Shown here piece by piece: positions 47,331-58,261 of a DNA stretch of 64,000 nucleotides; the stretch's first letter is position 1; every line of letters begins with the position of its first letter. The notes under the pieces are model-generated. The model ran no database searches and was not told the DNA's origin. It was given only the letters and a program-made list of their open reading frames with translations. The stretch comes from an uncultured Gammaproteobacteria bacterium (lineage in GTDB: Bacteria; Patescibacteriota; Microgenomatia; Daviesbacterales; UBA10151), in assembly GCA_964415615.1 (NCBI GenBank), contig CAYQAW010000003.1, forward strand, positions 30,788-94,787, given 5' to 3'. A program made the translations under genes and the position numbers.

Positions 47331-47373
47331 AGAAAGCTTGATACTAGCGGGTGTTAGTATTAAGATTTAAGAT

Positions 47374-48264
47374 GTGTCTTCCAAAATATCTGTTGTTATA
47401 AATACTTTAAATGAAGAAAGAAATATAGAACAAGCTATTAAATCCGCCAAATGGGCTGATGAGATTATAGTTTGTGATATGTACTCAGAGGATAAAACAG
47501 TTGAAATAGCAAAAAAAATGGGGGCAAAGGTATTTTCTCATAAGAAAGAGGAGGTTGTAGAAAAGGCCAGAAATTTTGCCTTATCAAAAGCTTCAGGCGA
47601 TTGGGTGCTTGTAATTGATCCGGATGAAGAAATATCTTCCACGTTGGCGGAAAGATTACAACAGATTGCTAGAACTACAAAACAAATAGATTATGCCAGG
47701 CTGCCCCGAAAAAATTTAATCTTTGGAAATTTTCTAAAACACTCCGGCTGGTGGCCTGATTACAATATCAGGTTTTTTAAAAAAGGCTCGGCCAAATGGA
47801 CAGATGCAATTCACAGGCCACCGAAAGTTTCTGGAATAGGTTTAGACCTTGATGCGGAAGAACAATATGCGATTATCCACCACAGTTATATAAGCATTGC
47901 GCAATTTTTGGAAAGGATGAATAGATATACTAGCATACAGGCAGAGGAATTAAATAAGGAAGGATACAAATTCAATTGGAAAGATCTTTTAGAAAAGCCA
48001 CTCAGTGAATTTTTATCAAGATTTTTTGCTATGAAAGGATATAAAGACGGCTTACATGGTTTAGTATTAAGTCTTTTACAGGCTTTTTCTTTTCTGATTG
48101 TTTATTTAAAGGTTTGGGAGATGAATAAATTTATAAAGGAAGATATTAATTTAGAAGACATAAAAATAGAAAAAGATAAATCAGCAGAAAATATCAATTA
48201 TTGGATTAAACATGCAAATGAAACAAATTTTTTTAGACGTTTTTTTAAATTAGGTAAGAATTAA
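47374..48264 (+). CDS. GT2 glycosyltransferase (GTG start).
   Basis: VVINTLNEERNI...KWADEIIVCDMYSEDKT. Tandem paralog of the ORF at 48267, with a shared C-terminal LLQAFSF...WEM. Confidence 0.7.
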   Translation: MSSKISVVINTLNEERNIEQAIKSAKWADEIIVCDMYSEDKTVEIAKKMGAKVFSHKKEEVVEKARNFALSKASGDWVLVIDPDEEISSTLAERLQQIARTTKQIDYARLPRKNLIFGNFLKHSGWWPDYNIRFFKKGSAKWTDAIHRPPKVSGIGLDLDAEEQYAIIHHSYISIAQFLERMNRYTSIQAEELNKEGYKFNWKDLLEKPLSEFLSRFFAMKGYKDGLHGLVLSLLQAFSFLIVYLKVWEMNKFIKEDINLEDIKIEKDKSAENINYWIKHANETNFFRRFFKLGKN

Positions 48265-48266
48265 AT

Positions 48267-49073
48267 ATGTTAAGCGTAATTATATTAACAAAAAACGAAG
48301 AAGATAAGATAAAAACATGTCTGGAATCTGTCAAATGGGCTGATGAAATCATAGTTGTGGATAGCGGATCCGATGATAAGACTTTAGAAATTGCTCAAGG
48401 ATATACAAAAAAAATACTTAAATTTAAGGATTTAGATTTTGCTTCTTTAAGAAATAACGCGTCTAAAGAGGCAACAGGGGATTGGGTGCTGTATGTGGAT
48501 GCTGATGAGAGGGTATTAGACAGTCTAAGAAGAGAAATAGAGGTTTTAATAACTCTTGATAATTGTTCAGCTTATGCCTTATCACGCAGAAACATTATTT
48601 TTGGTCAAGAAGTAAGTTTTGGCCCTTACAAAAAAGACTGGGTTATAAGACTTCTAAAAAGAGATGATTTTGAGGGCTGGGTTGGCAGAGTCCATGAGCA
48701 ACCCAAATTTAAAGGTAAATTAGGATATAGTAAGAATTCTTTACTCCACCTCACTCACCGCAGTGTAGATCAAATAGTTTTAAAAAGCTTAGAATGGTCA
48801 AAGATTGATGCTAAGTTAAGGTTAGAGTCTAACCATCCAAATATGTCAGGTTGGCGTTTCTTGAGAATTTTTATAACAGAAGTTTTCAATCAGGGAATAT
48901 TACGGAGAGGTTTTTTTAATGGAACAATAGGTGTGATGGATTCTTTGTTGCAAGCATTTAGTTTCTACATGACTTATGTGAGATTATGGGAAATGCAGCA
49001 ATCCAGGCCATTGGATAAAATCTATGAAGATTTAGATCAGAAGCTGATTGAGGATAATTTTAAATATTCATGA
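48267..49073 (+). CDS. GT2 glycosyltransferase.
   Basis: VIILTKNEEDKI...KWADEIIVVDSGSDDKT. Confidence 0.75.
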   Translation: MLSVIILTKNEEDKIKTCLESVKWADEIIVVDSGSDDKTLEIAQGYTKKILKFKDLDFASLRNNASKEATGDWVLYVDADERVLDSLRREIEVLITLDNCSAYALSRRNIIFGQEVSFGPYKKDWVIRLLKRDDFEGWVGRVHEQPKFKGKLGYSKNSLLHLTHRSVDQIVLKSLEWSKIDAKLRLESNHPNMSGWRFLRIFITEVFNQGILRRGFFNGTIGVMDSLLQAFSFYMTYVRLWEMQQSRPLDKIYEDLDQKLIEDNFKYS

Positions 49074-50149
49074 GGATTGCAATTTATTCTCCATATTTAG
49101 ATACGTTTGGTGGGGGAGAGAAGTATATGATGACAATTGCAGAAGTACTCTCTTTACAAGCAAATGTAGATGTATTTTTGGATAAACATTTATATAACCT
49201 AGGAGCAAATTATTTAAAGAGTGAATTATCACAAAGATTCAATTTAAATTTAAATTCAGTTAATTTTACTTCCGCTCCAGTAGGGAAGCATTCATCTATT
49301 TTTTATCGCCCACTTTTTCTTAAAAATTATGATGTGCTTTTTTATTTGACTGATGGAAGCATTTTTTTTCCGACAGCAAAGAAGAATATATTACATATTC
49401 AGTCTCCCCTGGTGGGTCAGCCTGCCAAAAGCGCCTGGGGTAAATTTAAATTAAATGGTTGGGATTTAATCATCTATAATTCCGAATTCACGAAACAATC
49501 CGCCAATAAAAATTGGCCGATTAAATCGGAAATAATTTATCCTCCTATTGATGTAGATAAGATTAAACCTTTAAATAAACATAAATATATACTTTCGGTT
49601 GGTCGTTTCTTTGGATATTTAGAGGATAAAAAACAAAAAGTTTTGATAAAGGCTTTTAAAGAGCTTTTTGAAAGTGGCCAGATTGAAGGATGGGGTTTGC
49701 ATCTGGTGGGTGCAGCAGGAGATGGAGACAGGAATTATTTAGCAGATTTACATAACTTAGCAGAAGGTTTACCTATAAAATTTTATCCCAATTTAGAATA
49801 TGATAATCTTATAAAATCATACGGAGAGTCAAGTATTTATTGGCACGCAGCTGGATTTGAGGAAACTAATCCTATCAAGATGGAGCATTTTGGAATATCC
49901 ACAGTTGAAGCAATGGCAGGAGGATGTATACCGGTAGTAATAGGAAAAGGTGGACAAAGGGAGATTGTAGAAGATGGCAGATCAGGTTATTTGTGGGAAA
50001 CTTTAGATGATTTAAAAAAAAGAACCTTAGAGTTAATAGCAGATGATAGTTTAAGAGATAAGATGAGTAAACAAGCAATTACCAGAGCTAAAAATTTTAG
50101 TAATGAAATATTTGAAAATAAAATTCTTGGAATAATAAAAAATAGATGA
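49070..50149 (+). CDS. GT4-family (GT-B fold) glycosyltransferase.
   Basis: C-terminal EHFGISTVEAMAGGCIPVV...GGQREIVEDGRSGYLW matches the E-x7-E-like GT4 signature. Confidence 0.75.
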   Translation: MRIAIYSPYLDTFGGGEKYMMTIAEVLSLQANVDVFLDKHLYNLGANYLKSELSQRFNLNLNSVNFTSAPVGKHSSIFYRPLFLKNYDVLFYLTDGSIFFPTAKKNILHIQSPLVGQPAKSAWGKFKLNGWDLIIYNSEFTKQSANKNWPIKSEIIYPPIDVDKIKPLNKHKYILSVGRFFGYLEDKKQKVLIKAFKELFESGQIEGWGLHLVGAAGDGDRNYLADLHNLAEGLPIKFYPNLEYDNLIKSYGESSIYWHAAGFEETNPIKMEHFGISTVEAMAGGCIPVVIGKGGQREIVEDGRSGYLWETLDDLKKRTLELIADDSLRDKMSKQAITRAKNFSNEIFENKILGIIKNR

Positions 50150-51273
50150 AAAAACTCTGGGTTGCTATAACTATAGGTGTAATACTGCGGGTATTTTTAT
50201 CTTTAACTACATATCACTCTGATATGGAGGTTTTTGATTTAGGAGGGAGACTTATTGCATCCGGTAATATTTTAAATCTTTATGATTTTAGTTCCTCCTC
50301 AGCTGTTTTTAATTATCCACCTGCAATATATTTATACCACGGGCTCTTTCGATTTTTATTTGATGGGATATCCTCCCCGTTTCTGTTGAAACTTCCCTAT
50401 TTTATTTTTGACTTAGTGATTGGTATTCTGCTTTTTAAATTATCAGAAAGAAAAGTTTTGGCATTTACCCTTTGGATGTTTAATCCAGTTAGTCTTTATG
50501 CTACATATATGATGGGCCAATTTGATATAATTCCTACTTGTTTTATCGTTTTATCCATCTATTTTGCTGTTAAGAACAGACTGGAATGGGCTGCTCTTTC
50601 TTTAGGATTTGGGATTGCTTTTAAAATATTTCCCGTATTTTTAGTTATTCCACTCATTATTTTTGGCAAAAATTATATGGATAAACTTAAATTGTTGATT
50701 CTTGCGGTATTGCCTTACATTTTGTCAATCATCCCATACATTTCTTCACATAGTTTTAGGGCGACTGCTTTATTTGCCAACCAAAGTTCGAAAAGTCTTT
50801 ATGCAAATATTCCTGTATCTGGTGGGGAGTCTATCATTTTATTTCCGACATTTTTAATTCTTTTTTATCTTTTCATTTGGGGCAAGAAAGTGTTTGCTAC
50901 AAAGATTGAGATATGGAAGTTATATGCGGTGCCCCTATTTTTATTCTTTATTTTTACTCATTATCATCCACAATGGTTAATTTGGCTTACTCCCCTGTTA
51001 ATTTTGGATTTAGTTTTAACTCAGTCAAAAAATTTAATACCAGTTTTTCTGATTTTTATTAGTTGGTTTACTTCCTTATTCTTTTTTGATCCATCACTCA
51101 CGTTGGGAATGTTTTCACCAATTGTGCCAGCGCTTCGGGATTTACCAAGTATCTGGACTCTATTTAATATAAACATAGATTATAATATTAGCAGAAGCAT
51201 AATCCAAACTATTCTTGTTGGATCTTCCTTATATTTAATATATGAGCATTTTTCTAAAAAGAGTAATGGTTAA
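50146..51273 (+). CDS. Polytopic membrane protein, GT-C-like family E (DUF2029/GT87-like).
   Basis: HSD in TM1. LWMFNPVSLYATYMMGQFDIIP...GFGIAFKIFPVFLVIPL. Paralog of the ORF at 41942. Confidence 0.45.
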   Translation: MKKLWVAITIGVILRVFLSLTTYHSDMEVFDLGGRLIASGNILNLYDFSSSSAVFNYPPAIYLYHGLFRFLFDGISSPFLLKLPYFIFDLVIGILLFKLSERKVLAFTLWMFNPVSLYATYMMGQFDIIPTCFIVLSIYFAVKNRLEWAALSLGFGIAFKIFPVFLVIPLIIFGKNYMDKLKLLILAVLPYILSIIPYISSHSFRATALFANQSSKSLYANIPVSGGESIILFPTFLILFYLFIWGKKVFATKIEIWKLYAVPLFLFFIFTHYHPQWLIWLTPLLILDLVLTQSKNLIPVFLIFISWFTSLFFFDPSLTLGMFSPIVPALRDLPSIWTLFNINIDYNISRSIIQTILVGSSLYLIYEHFSKKSNG

Positions 51274-52762
51274 AAATGTAAATTTTAGAATAATAATTCC
51301 TCTACTTATTATTCTGTTATTTTTCTTACTTTTGTTTAGGTTTAGAATCACTCAAGCACCCCCTGGTATTAATGGTGATGAGGCTGCAATAGGCTATAAT
51401 GCTGTATTGGTTGCCAGAACTGGTTATGACCAAAGCGGCAGGTTTTTGCCGATATTTGTGTCAGCTTTTGATCTTAGCGATTGGAAGCAACCAGTTACCT
51501 TTTATTCAACAGTCTTAGCTTTTAAAATATTCGGACCATCATTTTCTGTGCTTCGAGAAGTTAGTGTTATTTTTGTGGTGATAAGCGGGCTATTAATATT
51601 TTTACTTACTAGAGAAATTTCAAATATAAAAGCAGCTTTTGTAAGTTTGTTAGTCTTTATGACAATCCCTGCAGTTTTGATTCAATCCCATTTAGCTCTG
51701 GAAAATATTGCCCCAGTTCCATTTACAATACTTTGGCTTTGGATGCTAGCAAAATATCAAAAAAGTTTTTATTCAAAATATCTGTACCTTTCTGCTATGT
51801 TTTTAGGTATTGGTTTGTTTACATATCCTGGCATGAGACTGATTGTACCAGTTTATGTTACTTTAACAATGATTTTTATATATTATCTTAATCATAAAAA
51901 AAGCTTTAAAAATATTGCCTTAGAAACGGTAAAATTTCTTGTAGTAGTTATGGTATTTCCTATTTTTATGTATTCAATAAAAAACCAGTATCCTGGAGCT
52001 ATTCTTGCCTATAATAGGCCCCGTAACGTTCAATCTTACCAGGAGTTTTTCTTGCCTTATATTTCTTCTTTTGATCCATCCTTCCTGTTTATTCAGGGTG
52101 ATTCTACTCCTTATCATTCAACTGGCAGACAGGGAGTTTTTTTGCTGGCGACATTGCCAATTTTTACTCTTGGAATATTTAAAATTGCTCAAAAAAAAGA
52201 CCCAATGCAAATTTTTATATTACTAACTTTCTTTCTGACGCCTCTACTTTATGGATTGGCAGCATCTTTTCATAGAGGGAGTAGGCTATTGGTTTTGTTG
52301 CCGCTGTACACAATTATTACCTGTCTAGGATTTTTCGTTCTCTTAAATATTAAAAATCACTGGGTAAGATTTGCGGCAGTTTTAATAGTAATGCTAATGG
52401 TAATTTTTAATTACGTGGATTTTGTCAGAGATTACTGGTATGAATATCCAAAGCGGGTTAAATCTGAGTTTGCAAAGCCTTATCAGTTAGTTTTCCAAAA
52501 AGCTTATAACCTAAGCAAAATAAAGAGTCTTAATCTATTTATCCAAAGTGATTTTCGTGATCAGAATAAGATCGCAGTTGATTTCTTTTCAAACTTATAT
52601 TTTCCTGGTGGGTTAAAGCTTTGGGATAGCAGTAAATCAATTCCCGAAAAGAGTATTATTATTGTTCCAAACTTTACTCCTTCCCAAAAGAAAGATATTA
52701 GTCAGGAGATGGTAGGTGATGGGGATTTCGGTATTTTGATAAATACTGAAAAAAAGAAATGA
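51242..52762 (+). CDS. GT39/PMT_2-family GT-C glycosyltransferase.
   Basis: DE motif GINGDEAAIGYNAVLVARTGYDQSGRFLPIF. Start may be the internal ATG at ~51269. Confidence 0.55.
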   Translation: MSIFLKRVMVKNVNFRIIIPLLIILLFFLLLFRFRITQAPPGINGDEAAIGYNAVLVARTGYDQSGRFLPIFVSAFDLSDWKQPVTFYSTVLAFKIFGPSFSVLREVSVIFVVISGLLIFLLTREISNIKAAFVSLLVFMTIPAVLIQSHLALENIAPVPFTILWLWMLAKYQKSFYSKYLYLSAMFLGIGLFTYPGMRLIVPVYVTLTMIFIYYLNHKKSFKNIALETVKFLVVVMVFPIFMYSIKNQYPGAILAYNRPRNVQSYQEFFLPYISSFDPSFLFIQGDSTPYHSTGRQGVFLLATLPIFTLGIFKIAQKKDPMQIFILLTFFLTPLLYGLAASFHRGSRLLVLLPLYTIITCLGFFVLLNIKNHWVRFAAVLIVMLMVIFNYVDFVRDYWYEYPKRVKSEFAKPYQLVFQKAYNLSKIKSLNLFIQSDFRDQNKIAVDFFSNLYFPGGLKLWDSSKSIPEKSIIIVPNFTPSQKKDISQEMVGDGDFGILINTEKKK

Positions 52763-53448
52763 TGAAACTGTTTAGAAATAAGGAGTTATTGATTCTTCTG
52801 TTTGTAATTATTCTAAACCCATGGTGGTGGGTTGTTATTCAAAGGAATCTATTAGTTGGTATATTAGTTTTTAGTTTAAGCTTTGTAAATTTTATATATT
52901 TTTGGCAAATCGAATCCAAAAAACTCATTTTCTTGCTGATAATGTTAACAATGGCTGTATTTTTTATTGCAGCAAGAGAGGCTTTCGATGAAAGTATTTT
53001 TAGTAAATCTGCTCTTGATATACAACAGTATTATAAGAGACATGAATTTTATGCTAAGGAATTGGGTAAAATATATACAAATAGGATCTCTTTAGCCTAT
53101 TTTAAGGATTTTAATTTACCAATTTACAAATTGCAGCACAACTTTTTTGCCAATTTAGATCCAAATTTATATTTTTTTAAGAGTCACCCCAGAGAAAGAA
53201 TAGGTGTTGAAGAGTTTGAAAAATATTTACCTATTTTTTTACCTTTTTTCTTGGTAGGATTTCTGTACATTATCTGTAAGTCGCTTCCGAAGATCCTGAT
53301 ATATACAGTTATTATCTCACTCATTAGTTCTCTTATTTCTCCTAAATTTAACTTAGGACCAATATTGTTTTTTCCGATAATCAATTTCATGGTTACAATC
53401 GGAATTATTTTAAGCTCGAAGAGTTTTAGAAAGATAAATGAAACTTAA
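52759..53448 (+). CDS. Hypothetical polytopic membrane protein.
   Basis: Hydrophobic ORF with no recognisable domain. Coding periodicity is consistent with its neighbours. Confidence 0.35.
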   Translation: MMKLFRNKELLILLFVIILNPWWWVVIQRNLLVGILVFSLSFVNFIYFWQIESKKLIFLLIMLTMAVFFIAAREAFDESIFSKSALDIQQYYKRHEFYAKELGKIYTNRISLAYFKDFNLPIYKLQHNFFANLDPNLYFFKSHPRERIGVEEFEKYLPIFLPFFLVGFLYIICKSLPKILIYTVIISLISSLISPKFNLGPILFFPIINFMVTIGIILSSKSFRKINET

Positions 53449-55069
53449 CTGGAAACAAATAATTATTTTTATTTCTATTATAGTTATTAGTTCGGCTTTG
53501 AGATTTTATCAAATAGGTATTATTCCTCCTGGATTAATAATTGATGAAGCATCTGAGGGATATAATTCTTTTTCCATATTACATACTGGTAAAGATCGTT
53601 ATGGACAAAGTTTCCCCATCCTTTTTAGATCCTTTGGATCATTCCAGGCTCCACTGTATACATATCTCTCGGTGATCCCAATCTATTATTGGGGGGATTC
53701 AATATTTTCTATTCATTTTATTTCTGCAGTTTCAGGAACGTTATTGGTAATTATTAGTTTTCTCTTACTGTCTCCTATTGCTGCTTTTTTAGTTGCAATT
53801 GCTCCATGGGCAGTATTTTTTTCCCGAATTGGAACGGAAGCAAATTTAGGTGTAACATTGTTTGCTTTAAGTTTTTTAATGTTTTATTTATCATTAAGAA
53901 GTTATCGATTCTTTCCTGTAGCGACATTTATTTTAGGTTTATCTACTCATGCTTATTATAGCGAACGAGTGGTCAGTGTACTTTTTTTAATTGGTTTTAT
54001 ATTGTTATTTAGGAAAACTCTTTTTTTAAAAAAGAAGTTTTTGATAGTAGGGTTAATATTTTTTGTGCTTACTCAAATTCCTCATCTATTAATTGTTAAT
54101 TCCGGAGCATTTACCAGGAGACTTTCTCAAGTAGATTACTTTAATAATCAATTTTTTCAGGATAATAGCGCAGATCTTCGCTTTATCCCTTTTGGCAGAC
54201 CTGTATTTATTATTAGAGAATTCTTAAGTCAGTATCAAGCTTATTTTTCTCCCAATAATCTATTTTTTAGCCCCGATCCTCAGGGAGCACGTTCGATGCC
54301 AGATATTTCTGTATTTTATAGTTGGATGATTATCCCGTTTTTCTTTGGGTTGCGGTCACTCTTGAAAAATCGTTTTTCACAGCTTAATAAAATGATTATA
54401 TTACTGCTTATTTTAGCTCCAATTCCATCTAGTCTTACAAGGGATCCTTTCTCGACTATCAGGGGTCTTGTTTTTCTGTGGGCGGTGACTTTGGTTGTTA
54501 GCTTTGGCCTATATGAGATATGGTGTCTGTCTAAATATTTTAAAATTAAAGCTTTTGTTTTAACTGTGATAATTATTTTTTCTTTATTCCAGCTATATCT
54601 TTCCTACTTTATTCTTTTAAAATATGAACGTTCTGAGAATTATGGCTATGTCTATTTAAAGTTGTTAGAAATAACTGAACAAATGAAAGATAAAAAATTT
54701 GTTATTGATTCATCAAGAGATTTGGCAGTAGGGATTAGGTTTGCATATCTAAAAAAATACGATCCACGGTCCTTTCAAGAAATATTGGGTAATAAAATTA
54801 AAAATCAATATTATAGTAATTTTGAATTTGATGAACCTTATGTTTTGGATAATATTGAAGCAAGGCCAATTAGTTGGCGAGAAGATGCCTGCAAAAAGCA
54901 GATTCTAGTAGGGGATCTATTGGCAATCTCTGATGGTCAAGTAAAAGAGCATCAGTTAAGTTTTCTTTTTGATATTAAAGATATGGCAGGGGATGTATTT
55001 TTGAAAGCTTATGAAACAAATCCTGACACAAAATGTAATTTAAATATAAAAAATTTGTTGAATGAATAA
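53438..55069 (+). CDS. GT39/PMT_2-family GT-C glycosyltransferase.
   Basis: DE motif LIIDEASEGYNSFSILHTGKDRYGQSFPILF. Confidence 0.55.
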   Translation: MKLNWKQIIIFISIIVISSALRFYQIGIIPPGLIIDEASEGYNSFSILHTGKDRYGQSFPILFRSFGSFQAPLYTYLSVIPIYYWGDSIFSIHFISAVSGTLLVIISFLLLSPIAAFLVAIAPWAVFFSRIGTEANLGVTLFALSFLMFYLSLRSYRFFPVATFILGLSTHAYYSERVVSVLFLIGFILLFRKTLFLKKKFLIVGLIFFVLTQIPHLLIVNSGAFTRRLSQVDYFNNQFFQDNSADLRFIPFGRPVFIIREFLSQYQAYFSPNNLFFSPDPQGARSMPDISVFYSWMIIPFFFGLRSLLKNRFSQLNKMIILLLILAPIPSSLTRDPFSTIRGLVFLWAVTLVVSFGLYEIWCLSKYFKIKAFVLTVIIIFSLFQLYLSYFILLKYERSENYGYVYLKLLEITEQMKDKKFVIDSSRDLAVGIRFAYLKKYDPRSFQEILGNKIKNQYYSNFEFDEPYVLDNIEARPISWREDACKKQILVGDLLAISDGQVKEHQLSFLFDIKDMAGDVFLKAYETNPDTKCNLNIKNLLNE

Positions 55070-56651
55070 AAATCATCTTATATTTTTGTTATTAATTATC
55101 TCTGCCACCTTTGTTATAAGGATTATAAATTTATCTTTTCCTTCTTTTACCTCAGGTGAGGCGAGGATAGCTTATAGAGGATATACGCTAGCAACTTATG
55201 GTAAGGATGAACTTGGGAGATCATTCCCGCTACTATTTAATTCCCTGGAAGATTACCAATTGCCTGTGGTTTCGTATCTTACTGCCAGTGGAGAATTCAT
55301 ATTCGGCAAATCGGAATTCGGAGCCAGAATACCTTTTATTATAATAGGGGTAGTGCTGGTTTTTCTTATATATCAAATTGCAAAGATTTTTAGTCCAGAT
55401 CCTCTTTTTTGGTTTATTAGCGCTTCAGTTGCAGCATTTTCACCTCCTTTGATTTTTTTATCTAAAATACCAAATGAAACAATCGTACTCACATTTATTT
55501 TCACCCTGCTTTTTTATTTACTAGTCAGCAAGAGAAATTTACTGCTTATTATGCTGACTATGGTTATATCTGTTTTGATATCTAAACAAGCCTGGTTTAT
55601 TTTGTTGCCTTTTACATTGTTTACATTATTTTTTTATCAAGAATCAACGGATAAAAAGAAAAGATTTACGCTGATTGTTTATTCTGCAATTATAGTTTTT
55701 TTGACATTTACGCTATTTTTAAATGTTCCTCAATCCAAACGGAGTCTTTCGGAAAATAATTTTTCAATTTTTTCCGATGTAACCATAAAAAATGGCATAG
55801 ACAGATTAAGAGGACAAGGTCAGGAATCTGGTTGGCCTCAAGCAGCCAGTAGGATTGTTTTTAACAAGACGCATTTTTTAACAGCAGGTTTTTTACATTG
55901 GTTATCCAATATCAGTCCAGCTGTCTATTTTGGGCAATTTGATGGAAATGGAGAATGGAGTTATTCCTATTTAGGCGCTTGGCCTAAGATTTTAATCATA
56001 CCTTTTATCTTTGGACTATTTTTCTTAATAAGAAGGGGTGAGCAAAAGAAAAGATTGTTGATAGTGTATTTCTTGCTTTTAACTTTTCCATCTTTATTGA
56101 TCTATCCCAGCTTAAGCTTGGAACTGGTTGTATTAACACTACCTTTTATGGCTTTGGTAATAGCATTTGGATTCGGACAATTAAACAAAAAGATTACAAT
56201 TTTAATATTTTTTTTGGTAATTATGGAACTGGCGATAAATATATTTAATCTAAACCCTGATTATAAAAACACTACTGCTTTACGGCCTTCATGGGTTAAC
56301 AAACTGGTCGATAATGTTTTTGAAAAATCAAGCAATTTCAAAACAGCAATATCAGATGATATCACTTTAGATATTGTCTCCTATATTGAATGGTACACAT
56401 CTGTTAATTCTCAGGCTGGATTTCAGCCGATTCCCTCCCCATATAAATTCCGTCAGTATCAGTTGGCTAATATTAAAATTATCGGTTCTGATGAAAAATT
56501 TACAACCTGCAGTGTAAATGAAAAAATGGAAGTATTTGTCAGTAAACGTGACATTAATAAGATAGATGAATTCAATATTCAAACAACCAAGGTTTATAAA
56601 GATAAAAATAATATGGAAAAAGCTTATTTGATACAAGGGGTTTGTATATGA
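55062..56651 (+). CDS. GT39-like GT-C membrane protein with a D-to-G substitution in the DE motif (GE).
   Basis: SFTSGEARIAYRGYTLATYGKDELGRSFPLLF aligns with the DE(A/V)S.GYN block of its neighbours, but reads GE in place of DE. Confidence 0.5.
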   Translation: MNKNHLIFLLLIISATFVIRIINLSFPSFTSGEARIAYRGYTLATYGKDELGRSFPLLFNSLEDYQLPVVSYLTASGEFIFGKSEFGARIPFIIIGVVLVFLIYQIAKIFSPDPLFWFISASVAAFSPPLIFLSKIPNETIVLTFIFTLLFYLLVSKRNLLLIMLTMVISVLISKQAWFILLPFTLFTLFFYQESTDKKKRFTLIVYSAIIVFLTFTLFLNVPQSKRSLSENNFSIFSDVTIKNGIDRLRGQGQESGWPQAASRIVFNKTHFLTAGFLHWLSNISPAVYFGQFDGNGEWSYSYLGAWPKILIIPFIFGLFFLIRRGEQKKRLLIVYFLLLTFPSLLIYPSLSLELVVLTLPFMALVIAFGFGQLNKKITILIFFLVIMELAINIFNLNPDYKNTTALRPSWVNKLVDNVFEKSSNFKTAISDDITLDIVSYIEWYTSVNSQAGFQPIPSPYKFRQYQLANIKIIGSDEKFTTCSVNEKMEVFVSKRDINKIDEFNIQTTKVYKDKNNMEKAYLIQGVCI

Positions 56652-58261
56652 GTATCAAATACTTGATTTTGGCAATAATAGTTTTGATAGGAATATTTTT
56701 ACGCTTTTACCGGCTTGCTGATTTCCCGGTTCAATTAAATCATGATGAAGTATCACAATTATATGATGCAATCTCCATTACAGAAACAAAAAGGGATATT
56801 TATGGGAATTTTATGCCTTTGGCCTTTCCTTCAATTGGCGAATATAAAGTGGGGCATTATATTTATATAACTTCCGTTTTTTACAAAATATTTGGTAATC
56901 ATGAAGTGACAATAAGGATTCCGGCAGCATTTTTCGGTAGTCTAACCGTTTTGGCGGTTTTTCTATTTACAAGAAAATTAACAGATAATTGGATACTTGC
57001 CTTACTAGGTGCTTTGATGGTAGCTGTTACACCTTCTGAAATATTTTATTCTAGAAAAAGTTTTGAAAACGTAATAGGAATTAGTTTAGATTTTCTTGGA
57101 TTATATTGTTTATTAAAGGGTTTTGACTTAAAAAGAGATTATTTATGGAGCATTATTGGAATATTTATTTTAGTATTAGCTATGTACATTTATACTTCTC
57201 AAACTATTATAATACCTTTATTGTTTTTACTTTTTACAACTATATATAGAAAAAAAATAAAGATTAAGAGCAAAAAATTTATCACCCTTTCTGTTATATG
57301 GATATTGCTAATTATCCCACTTTTGTTTGTAACTATCACAAATTCAGGATTGAGGTTTAGAGCTGCCTCGGTATTTATCACTCAGGATGTTGGTTTAGGG
57401 AGATTAATAGGATTAACTGAAAATCCTGTTAAAGCTTTCCTTGATTATGGTTTTACTAGATATCTCAATCAGTTTAATCTAAAATATCTCTTTGCTAATG
57501 GTTTAGAGTTAACGAATCAGGGATTAATTGGTTCTGGTCCTCTCTTATTATGGCAGTTGCCCTTTTTTATTTTGGGAATTTTATTTCTTGTTAAAAACAA
57601 GGATCTAGATAATCCAAAGAAATTACTTTTGGGAATGCTTTTAGTAGCTATGATTCCATCTGCATTAACTTTTGAAGTATTTAGCCCTCATAGAGCAATG
57701 CTGGCGTTTTCTAGTATAAGTATTATCTCAGCTTTTGGAATATATTGGTTTTTAGAAAGAGTAAAAGGATTAATTATCTTTAGACTTAAGGTTTTAATTC
57801 TCGTCCTTATTTTTTTCGCACTTTCTTTAAATGTAATTTATTTTTTCTATATATATATGGTTAGTTATCCATATGAAAAGTCACAAAATCTACAATATCC
57901 GTTTAAGCAAGTTGCCCAGTTTGCCTGGTTGCAATACAATAATTATGATCAAATTATCTTTGATCCTAAATTTGGAGAGGCAGCGCCTGTTATAGGAGTA
58001 GGAGCGAACTATTATCTGGCATATTATGGGAATTATTCACCAAAAAATTTTCAAAAAAGATATCAAATAAATAACCAGGGATTATTTTTTGATAAATTTT
58101 CAATTAGAGAAGTTTTTTGGGCTAAAGATAAAGATTTAAGTAAGGTTTTAATTATTGGAAGTTCTTGGAGTTTACCGGTACAATCTATTAATAAAGATAA
58201 AATACTAAAGACATTTTATTTTTATGATGGTAAGCCTGCTTTTTATGCAATAGAATTATGA
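56642..58261 (+). CDS. GT39/PMT_2-family GT-C glycosyltransferase.
   Basis: DE motif QLNHDEVSQLYDAISITETKRDIYGNFMPLAF. Confidence 0.55.
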   Translation: MYMSIKYLILAIIVLIGIFLRFYRLADFPVQLNHDEVSQLYDAISITETKRDIYGNFMPLAFPSIGEYKVGHYIYITSVFYKIFGNHEVTIRIPAAFFGSLTVLAVFLFTRKLTDNWILALLGALMVAVTPSEIFYSRKSFENVIGISLDFLGLYCLLKGFDLKRDYLWSIIGIFILVLAMYIYTSQTIIIPLLFLLFTTIYRKKIKIKSKKFITLSVIWILLIIPLLFVTITNSGLRFRAASVFITQDVGLGRLIGLTENPVKAFLDYGFTRYLNQFNLKYLFANGLELTNQGLIGSGPLLLWQLPFFILGILFLVKNKDLDNPKKLLLGMLLVAMIPSALTFEVFSPHRAMLAFSSISIISAFGIYWFLERVKGLIIFRLKVLILVLIFFALSLNVIYFFYIYMVSYPYEKSQNLQYPFKQVAQFAWLQYNNYDQIIFDPKFGEAAPVIGVGANYYLAYYGNYSPKNFQKRYQINNQGLFFDKFSIREVFWAKDKDLSKVLIIGSSWSLPVQSINKDKILKTFYFYDGKPAFYAIEL

